Positions 54,269 to 64,000 of a stretch of DNA of 64,000 nt are shown here, in pieces. Numbering within the stretch: the stretch's first letter is position 1; each line of letters opens with the position of its first letter. The DNA is from a virus. Position numbers and translations under genes: made by a program. The notes below the pieces were generated by a model. The model was not told the DNA's origin and did not search any database. It saw nothing but the letters and a program-made list of their open reading frames with translations. The stretch lies in IMG/VR virus record IMGVR_UViG_3300029286_000013. One strand, written 5' to 3'.

Positions 54269-57172
54269 TTAAGCGTAAGTTGCTTGGAATCTTGAACCAG
54301 CACTCAATGCAAAGTTACCAGTTACTGTAGCAGTTGTAGTATTTGCACCAGTAGTAAATGTGTTACCTAGATGTGTTGCACCTGTACCACCAACTGTACC
54401 AGTAGAAACTAAATTACCACCAGTAACATTACCTGATGCACTTAATGTAGTATATACACCTGTAGCCGCACCAATGTTACCAACGTTAGCATTACCAGAA
54501 ACACTTAATGAAGCTAATGTGCCAACCGCTGTAATGTTTGTCTGTGATGCAGTAGTTAATGTACCAACTAAGTTAGTAGCACCAATATTACCAACGTTAG
54601 CATTACCACTAACGCTTAATGAACTTAGTGTTCCCAAGCTAGTAATATTAGATTGAGCCCCTGTATAAACAGTACCTGCTACTAATGCGTTACCTACTTG
54701 TCCGGTAACATTTCCACCAGTGATAGCACTTAAACTAGATCCATTACCCGAAACACTTGTAAATACACCTGCGGCCGCGCCAACGTTACCAATGTTCGCA
54801 TTACCACTGATACTCAATGATGCTAATGTACCAACTGCTGTAACGTTAGGTTGAGACGCAGTAGTTATTGTACCAGTTATCAATGTACCAGCAATATTGC
54901 CACCAGTAATATTACCCGTTGCAGTAATTAAACCACCTGTACCAATGTTACCAATATTTGCATTACCACTGATACTCAATGTTGTCAATGTACCAACACT
55001 TGTTAAACTAGAAGTAACAATTGTTGAGTTTAGTGTTGTACCAGTTAAGTTTGCGGCGTTAGCTGTAATTGCTACGTTAGCGGCAGCACTTAGTTGACCT
55101 TGACCGTTAACAGTAAATGTAGCGTTATAATCTCCATTACCGTATGCACCGGCTGTTACAGCAGTATTAGCAATACTGAATACACTACCGTTTAACGCTA
55201 ATCCTGTACCTGCTGTGTATGTACCTGCACCACTAAACTGTGTCCAAATAACTGGACTTGTACCAACTGTAGTAACAGGGTCAGTCATTACCCAACCAGT
55301 ATTATCATATACTGTACCTGCAGTAACGAATGTGAAGTCACCGCCTGCCATTTCAGTAGGAGTGTTGAAGTCATCTGCACGTGTTAACACTGTTGCACTC
55401 GTTCTTACATAGATACCGTTATTTGCAGTAGTTACTTCATCCTTAACAAGAATACGCATACCATCTGACAATGTGACACCGTCAATAGTTGTGTATGTTC
55501 CTGTTGTTGTCAATGTTGCGCCAACTCCACTTGTACCGTTATTATATGTAACCGTACCGCCTGAAATACTTGCTAATGTAGTTTGAGTGGCTGCATTACA
55601 ACTATCGTGTGTATGTAGACCTTGAGCAACGTCATCAACGTATTGTTTAGTTGCCGCATCATTGCTTGCTACTGGAGACGCAACGTTAGAAATTATAAAG
55701 TTACCAACGTTAACTGTACCAGTTCCTGTAGGAGTTAAGTTGATGTTTTGGTTAGAGCCAGTTGCTGTAATTGAGACACTTTGTGTTCTACCAACAATCA
55801 AATCTGTTACTACGTTTGCATTAGATACGATATTACCGATTGCTGTAATTAGTCCGCCGGTTATTAAGTTGCCACCTGATACGTTACCAGTAGCAACAAT
55901 TAAACCACCTGTACCCAAGTTACCAACGTTAGCATTACCGGTTGCAGTTAATAAACCACCAGTAACAATATTTGCACCCGTGATGTTACCAGTAGCATTT
56001 AATAAACCACCAGTAACAATATTTGCACCAATAACATTTCCTGATGCAGAAATTGCATTTGCAACTAAAAGACTTGTAATGTTTGCTATATTAGATTTTA
56101 TTTCACCTGTTGTTGCCAACACATTCCCGGTAGCATTTATATTGACAACAGAAATATTACCGGTTGTACCAATGTTAGCGGCAGAAACATTACCGGTTGC
56201 ATTAATGTTACCGGTTGCATCTATACTTCCACCTGTGAATAAGTTAGCACCAGTGATATTACCCGTCGCAGTAATTATTGCAGTACCAATGTTACCTATA
56301 TTAGCATTACCTGAAACACTTAGACTTGCTAATGTACCAGTGCTTGTGACATTTGGTTGTGCTGCCGTAGTTAATGTTCCGGTAATCGTTGTGAATACTC
56401 CATTGGTTGCACCTATATTACCAACGTTAGCATTACCTGTAACACTTAGACTTGCTAATGTACCAGTGCTTGTGACATTTGGTTGTGCTGCCGTAGTTAA
56501 TGTTCCGGTAATCGTTGTGAATACTCCATTGGTTGCACCAATGTTACCAACGTTAGCATTACCTGTAACACTTAATGCACCGCTAGTAACTAAATTTCCA
56601 CCAGTGATATTACCTGTAGCAGTAATTAAACCACCGGTGCCTACATTACCAATGTTAGCATTAGCTGTAACTGATAATGATGCTAGTGTTCCTGTACTTG
56701 TAATATTTGGTTGAGCCGCTGTAGTTACAGTACCTGCAGTAGTTGCGGCACCACTCAATGCACCAGTGAATGTTGTGGCAGCTACGTTACCAGCAGAGAT
56801 ATTACCAGTTATAGATAACACTCCGGTTGTTTTGTCAAAAGTAAAACCAGTGTTACCACCTAATGAGCCAGCGTCATTAAATTGAATTTGTGTATTAGAG
56901 CCACCTGGGGTCGCACTATCAGTATCCCAATATACGTGTCCGTTACCTCCGTATGATTTAAGTACTTGACCATTAGAACCGTTGGCAATAAAAATATTGC
57001 CTACTGGTCCTAAGTCAACGTTACCGATAGCAACGAAAGAACCGTTAAATGAACCGTATCCTCCGTTACTATTCAGAACGTTAAAGTTTCCGTTTGTATC
57101 AACGAATAGTGTTGACTTACCGGCTGGCGGGTTGGGGACATTTGCACTTGCTCTTTGTAGTAAAATCAGCAT
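54269..57172 (-). CDS. Tail fibre-like protein
   Basis: G/N/T-rich repeats (AAQPNITS, GNANVGN); DAATKQYVD...WTQFSG module. Confidence 0.85.
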   Translation of the reverse strand: MLILLQRASANVPNPPAGKSTLFVDTNGNFNVLNSNGGYGSFNGSFVAIGNVDLGPVGNIFIANGSNGQVLKSYGGNGHVYWDTDSATPGGSNTQIQFNDAGSLGGNTGFTFDKTTGVLSITGNISAGNVAATTFTGALSGAATTAGTVTTAAQPNITSTGTLASLSVTANANIGNVGTGGLITATGNITGGNLVTSGALSVTGNANVGNIGATNGVFTTITGTLTTAAQPNVTSTGTLASLSVTGNANVGNIGATNGVFTTITGTLTTAAQPNVTSTGTLASLSVSGNANIGNIGTAIITATGNITGANLFTGGSIDATGNINATGNVSAANIGTTGNISVVNINATGNVLATTGEIKSNIANITSLLVANAISASGNVIGANIVTGGLLNATGNITGANIVTGGLLTATGNANVGNLGTGGLIVATGNVSGGNLITGGLITAIGNIVSNANVVTDLIVGRTQSVSITATGSNQNINLTPTGTGTVNVGNFIISNVASPVASNDAATKQYVDDVAQGLHTHDSCNAATQTTLASISGGTVTYNNGTSGVGATLTTTGTYTTIDGVTLSDGMRILVKDEVTTANNGIYVRTSATVLTRADDFNTPTEMAGGDFTFVTAGTVYDNTGWVMTDPVTTVGTSPVIWTQFSGAGTYTAGTGLALNGSVFSIANTAVTAGAYGNGDYNATFTVNGQGQLSAAANVAITANAANLTGTTLNSTIVTSSLTSVGTLTTLSISGNANIGNIGTGGLITATGNITGGNIAGTLITGTITTASQPNVTAVGTLASLSISGNANIGNVGAAAGVFTSVSGNGSSLSAITGGNVTGQVGNALVAGTVYTGAQSNITSLGTLSSLSVSGNANVGNIGATNLVGTLTTASQTNITAVGTLASLSVSGNANVGNIGAATGVYTTLSASGNVTGGNLVSTGTVGGTGATHLGNTFTTGANTTTATVTGNFALSAGSRFQATYA
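56301..56570 (-). repeat. Near-exact 126-bp (42-aa) intragenic tandem repeat
   Basis: tagacttgctaatgtaccagtgcttgtgac at 56321 and 56447. Confidence 0.85.
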
Positions 57173-57232
57173 AATTTTTTCCTATTATATTATATTTATC
57201 TCTTTATCATTTAATACTGTATTTTTACAATA

Positions 57233-57931
57233 TTATGGGCTATAATTCAATATTGGGTATGCACTTAATATCCAACCACGTGGAGTATTATAGTATACCA
57301 ATGTTACCGCAGAATCATTGACTCCCAGTACATACGCATTAGCATCACCCAATATATTAGATCCGTTTCCACTAATTGATATTGGGCTTAGATAGGCATT
57401 ACCTGTACCGTCAATGATTGTTACTTGATCTCCAAAACCAACATTAGCGGCTGATGGTAACAATACTGTTCTGGATACTGTTGTATCTACAATATATGAT
57501 TTACCAACTTCCATTTGAACATTATTAGATGTGACTGATTCGAACAAGGCTGCAGGATCTGCTGTACCTACTTCAATCAATTCACCATCAATTGTAAAAT
57601 CACCGTTGATTGTAATTGTATTTGCAAATAGACCTTGAAAGTTATCATTAACTATGTATGATTCACCGTTAGGAATAAGATAGGGCATTGGGCCTGCACT
57701 ATTACTGACTGATTCGGGTACTGCAAATGTCAATACTCCATTACCGTCAGTTTGTAAGAATTGACCGTTTGCACCACCTGTAATAACGATGTTTGCTACG
57801 TTACCTAGATTTGCATCGAGACTTACTGTTATGGCATCAGTGGTAATATTGCCAGCAGAATCAATGATAACAATGTTAGCATTTGATCCTACTGCGAATC
57901 CACCTAGCGAACTTAAGGGTTTTTGTGCCAT
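57233..57931 (-). CDS. Tail-associated protein
   Basis: GGANGQFLQTDGNGVLTF; VDTT..LP..GDQVTIID...LVY..RGW. Confidence 0.75.
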   Translation of the reverse strand: MAQKPLSSLGGFAVGSNANIVIIDSAGNITTDAITVSLDANLGNVANIVITGGANGQFLQTDGNGVLTFAVPESVSNSAGPMPYLIPNGESYIVNDNFQGLFANTITINGDFTIDGELIEVGTADPAALFESVTSNNVQMEVGKSYIVDTTVSRTVLLPSAANVGFGDQVTIIDGTGNAYLSPISISGNGSNILGDANAYVLGVNDSAVTLVYYNTPRGWILSAYPILNYSP

Positions 57932-57950
57932 TTTTATTCTTTACTAGTTA

Positions 57951-60900
57951 TTAAATTGTTCTGAACTGTGTTGTCCAAACAGTACTGTTAGTACTTGCCG
58001 GGGTTACTTGCAATTCAATGTTACTACCATTCAATGCAACACTTAGTGTTCCAGTTGATAATCCACCAACTAAAACTGTTCCATATGTTGCGTAATCTGC
58101 AACAGTTGTTCCGTCCGTAACTGCTTGAACAGTTGTTACAGAGTATTTACCACCGGTTGCATCTACACCTTTAACTAAGAACTCTACACCAGTTATACCA
58201 GAAACTGCAACACTTGCAATTACTTGACCTGCAGTAATTGCAGTTGTTGTTGCTGTTCCCCACTGAATGTTAGTGTTACCTAGTGTTACAAAAGTAGAGA
58301 TGTTTGCAGTATTAGACTGAACTACACCAGCAGTTATTAAATTAGCGCCGGTTGTATTACCTGATACTGATAAGTATCCATTGACATTTGCACCAGTACC
58401 TGTGAATATAACAACATTTGCATTACCGGCTACTGAGAATTCAATATTGCCATTAGCATTTGGAATACTTACATTACTATTACCATTACTGATACTTGAT
58501 ACACTGATTGTAGCGAATGATAATCCACCAGAACCATTTGTAGTTATAAATTGACCATTAGAACCACCAGTAATTGTAACATTACTAATTGGGCCTAAGT
58601 TACTTGTGCCAACCATTGACAATGTGCCAATGTTTGCAGTACCAGTTGTTGTTATATTGCCAGTAGTTAAGTTACCTGTAACATTTGCAAATGCACCAAT
58701 ATTTGCATTACCAACAGTTAACAAATCTACAACTACATCATACGTGAATGTTGATGCGTCAACTAATTGTCCACCTGTATTAGAGAATGTAACACGACCA
58801 TTTGACAAGTTGTTAGAAGTTAAGTTTGCCGCTATTAAGTTAGCAGTAAAGTTACCCTGACCAGTTGTTATTCTGTCCCAGAATGAATCATACAATAGAT
58901 TTGCATTGTCAACCAACAAACCATTTGTATCAGCAAACGTTATACGTCCGGAAGTCAATGATGTTACTGTAACGTTTGGAGAGTTAACTAATGTTCCAGC
59001 ATTTATGTTTGCTCCAACGTTAGCGTTACCAACAGTTAATAAATCACCTATTGCGGCATATGTAAATTGTGAATCACCTGCTAATAAGCCACCTGTACCA
59101 GCAAATGTAACGTGTGTTGCTGTTAATGCATTTGATGTTAGGTTACCTGCAATAACATTACCAGTTAAATTAGCATTAACAGTTGATAGTGTATCAGTTA
59201 TGAATGTTAGATTAGTACTGTCTGTTAATATACCAGCAGTACCAGCGAATGTAACACGTGTTGATGTTAAACCATTTGATGTTACATTGCCTGCAACCAA
59301 ACTAGTTGTAATATTTGCAGTATTTGAACTTAATGCATTATTAGCAGTAATATTATTAGCAGTAAAGTTTCCAGTGAATCCAGAATTTCCATTAACTGTT
59401 AAGTTACCAACTGATAAGTTACCTGTAATATTACCTGTATTAGCACCAAAGTCATTAGTGATACTTAAGTTGTTAGTAGTACTATTACCTGTTACAGATA
59501 ATGATCCTACATTTGCTGAGGTTGTAATAGTTAATGTATTAGAAGAAACTAATCCATTAGAAGCAATGTTATTGACTAATACATTGCCTGTTAAATCAAT
59601 ACTTGTACCAATTGCCGCACCAATGTTTGGTGTTGTAAACTGTGCATTAGCTTTAACAACAATGTTACCACTGCTTATTTCAGTTGTAATGCCATCAACG
59701 TTTGCCGTGAATAATGTGCCATTTAATGCAATACCGTTAGCCGCTTGATATTGACCACCACCAGAAAACTGTGTCCATACTACAGGAGTTGTTCCAACTA
59801 CTGTAATAGGTGCTGTTTGTACCCAACCTGTATCAGCCAATGTTGCACCAGTACTAATGAAAGTAAATGATCCATCAAATTCTGCCGCTACGTTCATATC
59901 TAATGAACGAGTTAATACGAATGCTGTGCTTCCGTTACCTGCAGTTGTTAATGTGTATATACCATTATAAGGTGCATTGCCGGCTGTTTCATTCTTAACA
60001 AGAACACGTGTTCCTAAAGTTGATATTGTTTCACCGTCAACAACTAATGCACCGTTTGCACTTGCAGTAATAGTTGCTCCGACACCTGCTGTACCGTTAT
60101 TATAAGTATATGCTGGTAATGCTGCCGCAGTACCTACATATACTGAAGCTTTGATGTTTAATCCTTGTGCTACAGCATCAACGTATTCTTTTGTTGCCGC
60201 ATCAAAATCACTTGTTGGTGTTGCAAGACTTGTGATTCTTACATTACCTACATCAACTGTACCAGTACCAAAAGCGTGTAAGTTAATGCTTGTATTACCG
60301 GCTTGTTCAGAATAAATGTCTAATGCACCTGTTTTAGATGTTAGTGTTGTAGAATACAATGCACCTGCATTGACGTTACCATTAGCATCAATGTAACCTG
60401 TTACGTTTGCACCAAGTTCAGATACAACGATGATGTTAGCAAAACCATTTGCGCTGAAAGCGATGTTAGCATTTGAGAATATTTGTATATTTGATGTACC
60501 GTTCGCTAATATACCATACAAGTAATTAGCATTAACAATATTTGCACTTACGTTACCAGACGCAGTAAAGTGATTAGCTTCGGCTAAATTACCTAAGTTA
60601 GCATTTAGTGCTGTTAAGTTACTACTGAAGTTACCATAACCTGTAATGTTAGCACCAGTTGGTGTCAATACTAATGTTGTGTTACCACCTGATACTAAAT
60701 TAATATTACCATTGTTTGTGATGGCTATGTTTGAATTTCCGTTTGCTAATGTACCTGTGAAGTAATTAGCTGTAACCAAGTTACCCAAATTAGCATTACC
60801 AGCTGAAATATTACCTGATACACTGAATGAATTAGCATTTAGTGTAAAGATGTTTGCAATATTTGCAATCAAAGTGTCTGTTACATTGGCATTTGCAGTT

Positions 60901-62702
60901 GTCAACAACGTTGTTATGTTAGCAGTGTTTGCTGTTAATAATGTAGCAATGTTTGCAGTATTTGCTGTTAAAACATTAGTGATGTTAGCATTAGCAACTA
61001 TTAGGTTACCAGAAATATTAGCAAAGTTGGCTGTTATTAAGTTGCCTAAATTAGCATTACCAGATGTGATAGTACCGTTAATATTTGCTACGTTTGCAAG
61101 AATTGTTCCTAAAACGTTAGCATTGTTAGATTGTAAGTTACTAGTAACTTGTAAGAAATTAACAATTGCATAGTTACCTAAGTTAGCATTACCTGTAATC
61201 AAGTTTGCACTAACGTTAGCGTATTGTGTTTCTAAGAACTGGGTGATGTTTGCATTACCTGCATACAAGTTACCAGTTATGTTTGCTGAGTTTGCATTAA
61301 TATTACCAGAAATATTTGCAGTGTTTGCGGTTAATATTCCAAAGTTTGCATAGTTTGCTGTTACTAAGTTACCTAAATTAGCATTTAGTGTAATAATATT
61401 ACCAGAAAAGTTTGCTGTATTACCAGAAATTTCTAAGTTAACAGCTAGATTATTTGTTGTAGTATTACTTGACACACTAACAAAGTTAGCAGTAGCTAAA
61501 TTACCTAAATTAGCATTTAATGCAGAAACGTTACCACTGAAATTACCAACGTTGCCGTTTAAGTTTTGAGTGATATTGGCAGTGCCAGTAACATTTAATG
61601 TATTCGTAGCATAATCAAACGTGAAGTTTGCGCTTGCGCCAAAATTGTTACTACCATCATTGTATTGGATCTGTGTATTTGCGCCGGCTGCTTCTTGTAG
61701 ATCCCAAGGATTACCGTTAGCATATAATAAATTGTTTGTACGAACATTGCCGGCTTGCATTGTATCAGTAACATTAACATTACTTGATACGTTAACAAAG
61801 TTAGCTGTTGCTAAATTACCTAAGTTAGCATTTGTTGATATGATGTTACCATTAACGTCTAAATAACCAACTACGTTTGCGCCATTAGTTGTAATTACTA
61901 GAGTTGTGTTTCCACCAGCAGTAACATTAACGTTACCGTTTGCTACGGGGATACTTAAATTACTAGTACCATTACTTACACCTGATGTGTCGATACCAGA
62001 TAATTGACTACCATTACCATAAAGATAACTAGCAGTGATATTACCACCAATAACTACTTGACCAGATCCATTAGGATTAATATTTAAATTTGCATTTGCA
62101 GTAGTACCAGCAATATTAGAACCTGTAATTTCAATATTGCCAATGTCAGTACCGCTTGGTAAATTTGTTACACCAGTTAAACCAATGTATCTGTAACCAA
62201 CGATATAAAGAACTTTACCAGCAGTCAATGCCGCAGGGATAGTTTCACCGATGAAGTTTAATACACCAGATTCATAATTGTAATAGTATTGACCAGTACC
62301 ACCTGAACCATCAGCAAAGATTTGTGTACCTGTGCTTGTTGGGTTTGCGGCACCTGTATCGTCAACCCAGACTTGAACTACATAAGTTGCACCAAATTCT
62401 TGTGGAATCCAGTTAGTTAATTGTGTTTTCCAAGTTGGGTAAATGCCGCCAACTGGTACTGTTGTGTTATCTGCAATACATTCTACAGCGTTTGCACCAA
62501 CATATGCCTGAACAATATTAGCTACTGCGGCTGCTGGATTGGGAATTGCATTCGCTTGTGTCCAAGCGGTGTCACCGCGATTTAATGCGGGACTAGGGAT
62601 TGATTCGTTACTAGGACTTTTATTTTGTGCAGTGTCAGTTTTAGTGACACCGAAGGCTTGTTTATATAATAGGTCAACGATTTGTGCTTGTGATACGGCC
62701 AT
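57951..62702 (-). CDS. Long Asn-rich tail fibre/virion protein
   Basis: 1583 aa; NANLGNL repeats; DAATKEYVD...WTQFSG module. Confidence 0.85.
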   Translation of the reverse strand: MAVSQAQIVDLLYKQAFGVTKTDTAQNKSPSNESIPSPALNRGDTAWTQANAIPNPAAAVANIVQAYVGANAVECIADNTTVPVGGIYPTWKTQLTNWIPQEFGATYVVQVWVDDTGAANPTSTGTQIFADGSGGTGQYYYNYESGVLNFIGETIPAALTAGKVLYIVGYRYIGLTGVTNLPSGTDIGNIEITGSNIAGTTANANLNINPNGSGQVVIGGNITASYLYGNGSQLSGIDTSGVSNGTSNLSIPVANGNVNVTAGGNTTLVITTNGANVVGYLDVNGNIISTNANLGNLATANFVNVSSNVNVTDTMQAGNVRTNNLLYANGNPWDLQEAAGANTQIQYNDGSNNFGASANFTFDYATNTLNVTGTANITQNLNGNVGNFSGNVSALNANLGNLATANFVSVSSNTTTNNLAVNLEISGNTANFSGNIITLNANLGNLVTANYANFGILTANTANISGNINANSANITGNLYAGNANITQFLETQYANVSANLITGNANLGNYAIVNFLQVTSNLQSNNANVLGTILANVANINGTITSGNANLGNLITANFANISGNLIVANANITNVLTANTANIATLLTANTANITTLLTTANANVTDTLIANIANIFTLNANSFSVSGNISAGNANLGNLVTANYFTGTLANGNSNIAITNNGNINLVSGGNTTLVLTPTGANITGYGNFSSNLTALNANLGNLAEANHFTASGNVSANIVNANYLYGILANGTSNIQIFSNANIAFSANGFANIIVVSELGANVTGYIDANGNVNAGALYSTTLTSKTGALDIYSEQAGNTSINLHAFGTGTVDVGNVRITSLATPTSDFDAATKEYVDAVAQGLNIKASVYVGTAAALPAYTYNNGTAGVGATITASANGALVVDGETISTLGTRVLVKNETAGNAPYNGIYTLTTAGNGSTAFVLTRSLDMNVAAEFDGSFTFISTGATLADTGWVQTAPITVVGTTPVVWTQFSGGGQYQAANGIALNGTLFTANVDGITTEISSGNIVVKANAQFTTPNIGAAIGTSIDLTGNVLVNNIASNGLVSSNTLTITTSANVGSLSVTGNSTTNNLSITNDFGANTGNITGNLSVGNLTVNGNSGFTGNFTANNITANNALSSNTANITTSLVAGNVTSNGLTSTRVTFAGTAGILTDSTNLTFITDTLSTVNANLTGNVIAGNLTSNALTATHVTFAGTGGLLAGDSQFTYAAIGDLLTVGNANVGANINAGTLVNSPNVTVTSLTSGRITFADTNGLLVDNANLLYDSFWDRITTGQGNFTANLIAANLTSNNLSNGRVTFSNTGGQLVDASTFTYDVVVDLLTVGNANIGAFANVTGNLTTGNITTTGTANIGTLSMVGTSNLGPISNVTITGGSNGQFITTNGSGGLSFATISVSSISNGNSNVSIPNANGNIEFSVAGNANVVIFTGTGANVNGYLSVSGNTTGANLITAGVVQSNTANISTFVTLGNTNIQWGTATTTAITAGQVIASVAVSGITGVEFLVKGVDATGGKYSVTTVQAVTDGTTVADYATYGTVLVGGLSTGTLSVALNGSNIELQVTPASTNSTVWTTQFRTI

Positions 62703-62704
62703 GA

Positions 62705-64000
62705 TTAGTTACTCGCAGTTTGTAATGATAATGCAGTCACCGATTGACCGCTTGTTAGTGCTATCCTAACATAAATTTCGTTTGTTGCAGTACTAGAACT
62801 ACTTACAGTACCAAAAGTAGCAGTTACCGACTTATTTGTTTGTGCAGAATTTAATGGGGCAACACCTCCTAATGCACATCCATCAGATCCGTTACCACCT
62901 GAGCCAATGTTTTGACCAGGAGCGCCTGAACCTGCATATGCAACACTCATATCTATCCAGCCGTTAGCGCCAGATGTTGAGTCAATGATACTTCCCGGTA
63001 ATGCTACCCACATACCAGCAACTGTGCCAGTCCATTTAACATCAAATTTAGAAACTGATGTTCGAACAATCTTAAATGTAAAGTATTGTGTGCCAGCACG
63101 ACCTGAACTTAAGTTAGGTCCAACTGGTAAATAACCAGTTGAGTAATTAGTCTGATCGTGTTTTAGTATATTTGCAACTACTGTTGCATCGTATACTTCT
63201 AATGTACTTGATTGGCTGTTGAAGTTTGCTTCACTACCAGTGAATGTAGGTGTATTACCTGAACCCGGGTTATCAATTCTAACTGCTAAACCAGATCCAC
63301 TACCAACCGTTGATCCAACGAATACGTTTGCTTCTTCAATTCTAGTAGCACTACTTACAGTACCTGTTTTGTATAACACGTTTGCTCCAGGACTAAATGA
63401 TTGTGTTCCAGTAGCATAACTGTTTAGTGCGCTTAATGAAGGTGCACCAGAACTTGCGCCAAATCCAGAAATAATTGTTGAGTTTGTATTTGCTGTTAAG
63501 CTACCAGAGGCAACATATAAGTTTTGTGCTAAAGGTGTACCAACACCTGCTGTTGTGTATGTAACGCTTGTAGGAGTACCAAAAGCACCACCTGCAGTTC
63601 CAGTAACAAATGTATCACTTACTGGGTACATATTACCTGATAAACGATTTACGTTAAATGCCAAGTTAAATGCATTTGTGTTATCATAGTGAGGAACTGT
63701 ACTTGAATAAGCATAGCTTGGTGATACCGGTGCATTAATACTTGTTGAACTAAACTGTGGTGTACCTGGGGCACTTGAGTCATAGAACCAGAAAGGAATA
63801 TTTGTGTTTGTTGCGGCACTGTCAGCAATGTACACTTCGTTCCAACCCTGAGTTACTGTTCCGCTGGCTCTAGCAGAGAATACACTCCAGAAGCCAGCAG
63901 GAATATTTGCATTAGCAACATTGTAATCATAGTTATTAAATATAACCAAATTACTATAAGTTCCGTTACCGTCAAGATTTGCAGTTAGTGTTCTAGAACC
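62705..64000 (-). CDS. Virion structural protein (5' truncated by window)
   Basis: Frame open to position 64000; S/T/G-rich. Confidence 0.75.
   Translation of the reverse strand, partial: GSRTLTANLDGNGTYSNLVIFNNYDYNVANANIPAGFWSVFSARASGTVTQGWNEVYIADSAATNTNIPFWFYDSSAPGTPQFSSTSINAPVSPSYAYSSTVPHYDNTNAFNLAFNVNRLSGNMYPVSDTFVTGTAGGAFGTPTSVTYTTAGVGTPLAQNLYVASGSLTANTNSTIISGFGASSGAPSLSALNSYATGTQSFSPGANVLYKTGTVSSATRIEEANVFVGSTVGSGSGLAVRIDNPGSGNTPTFTGSEANFNSQSSTLEVYDATVVANILKHDQTNYSTGYLPVGPNLSSGRAGTQYFTFKIVRTSVSKFDVKWTGTVAGMWVALPGSIIDSTSGANGWIDMSVAYAGSGAPGQNIGSGGNGSDGCALGGVAPLNSAQTNKSVTATFGTVSSSSTATNEIYVRIALTSGQSVTALSLQTASN

Noticed and set aside
54360-63419. Long plus-strand ORFs (e.g. 55662-56714, 58906-59748) opposite the fibre genes
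   Set aside because: Antisense shadows of repetitive G/N/T-rich coding sequence; no independent signals.

Overview
This is a 64-kb segment of a large, AT-rich, T4-like tailed dsDNA phage genome. The host is probably Burkholderiales/Betaproteobacteria, inferred from the iscU, ahpC/ahpD, Bug/TctC and rpoZ homologues. From left to right it contains: (1) the end of a LamG-type virion protein and a papain-family protease; (2) small early genes behind repeated TTGACAATAAAT-type sigma70 promoters, including an unannotated ArfA-like ORF; (3) many accessory modification enzymes (PP-loop ATPases, 2OG-Fe/cupin oxygenases, radical SAMs, methyltransferases, sulfotransferase-like proteins, an APS kinase fusion, fatty acid desaturases), many placed 4-7 nt behind a T4-like late promoter with no leader; (4) a minus-strand array of 27 CCA-encoding tRNAs covering all 20 amino acids, interleaved with three HNH nucleases, rpoZ and several structured non-coding elements; (5) redox/Fe-S genes, PAAR, nrdA-HNH-nrdB-grx and long Asn/Gly/Thr-rich tail-fibre genes. 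The best candidate for a new system is at the head of the tRNA array. An unannotated 45-codon leader ORF uses all 20 amino acids and 35 different codons. Its last codons and stop form a long antiterminator that is mutually exclusive with an intrinsic terminator. This looks like a ribosome-coupled attenuator that could sense depletion of almost any tRNA and switch on the phage tRNA set. All calls are by eye; no searches or folding programs were run.
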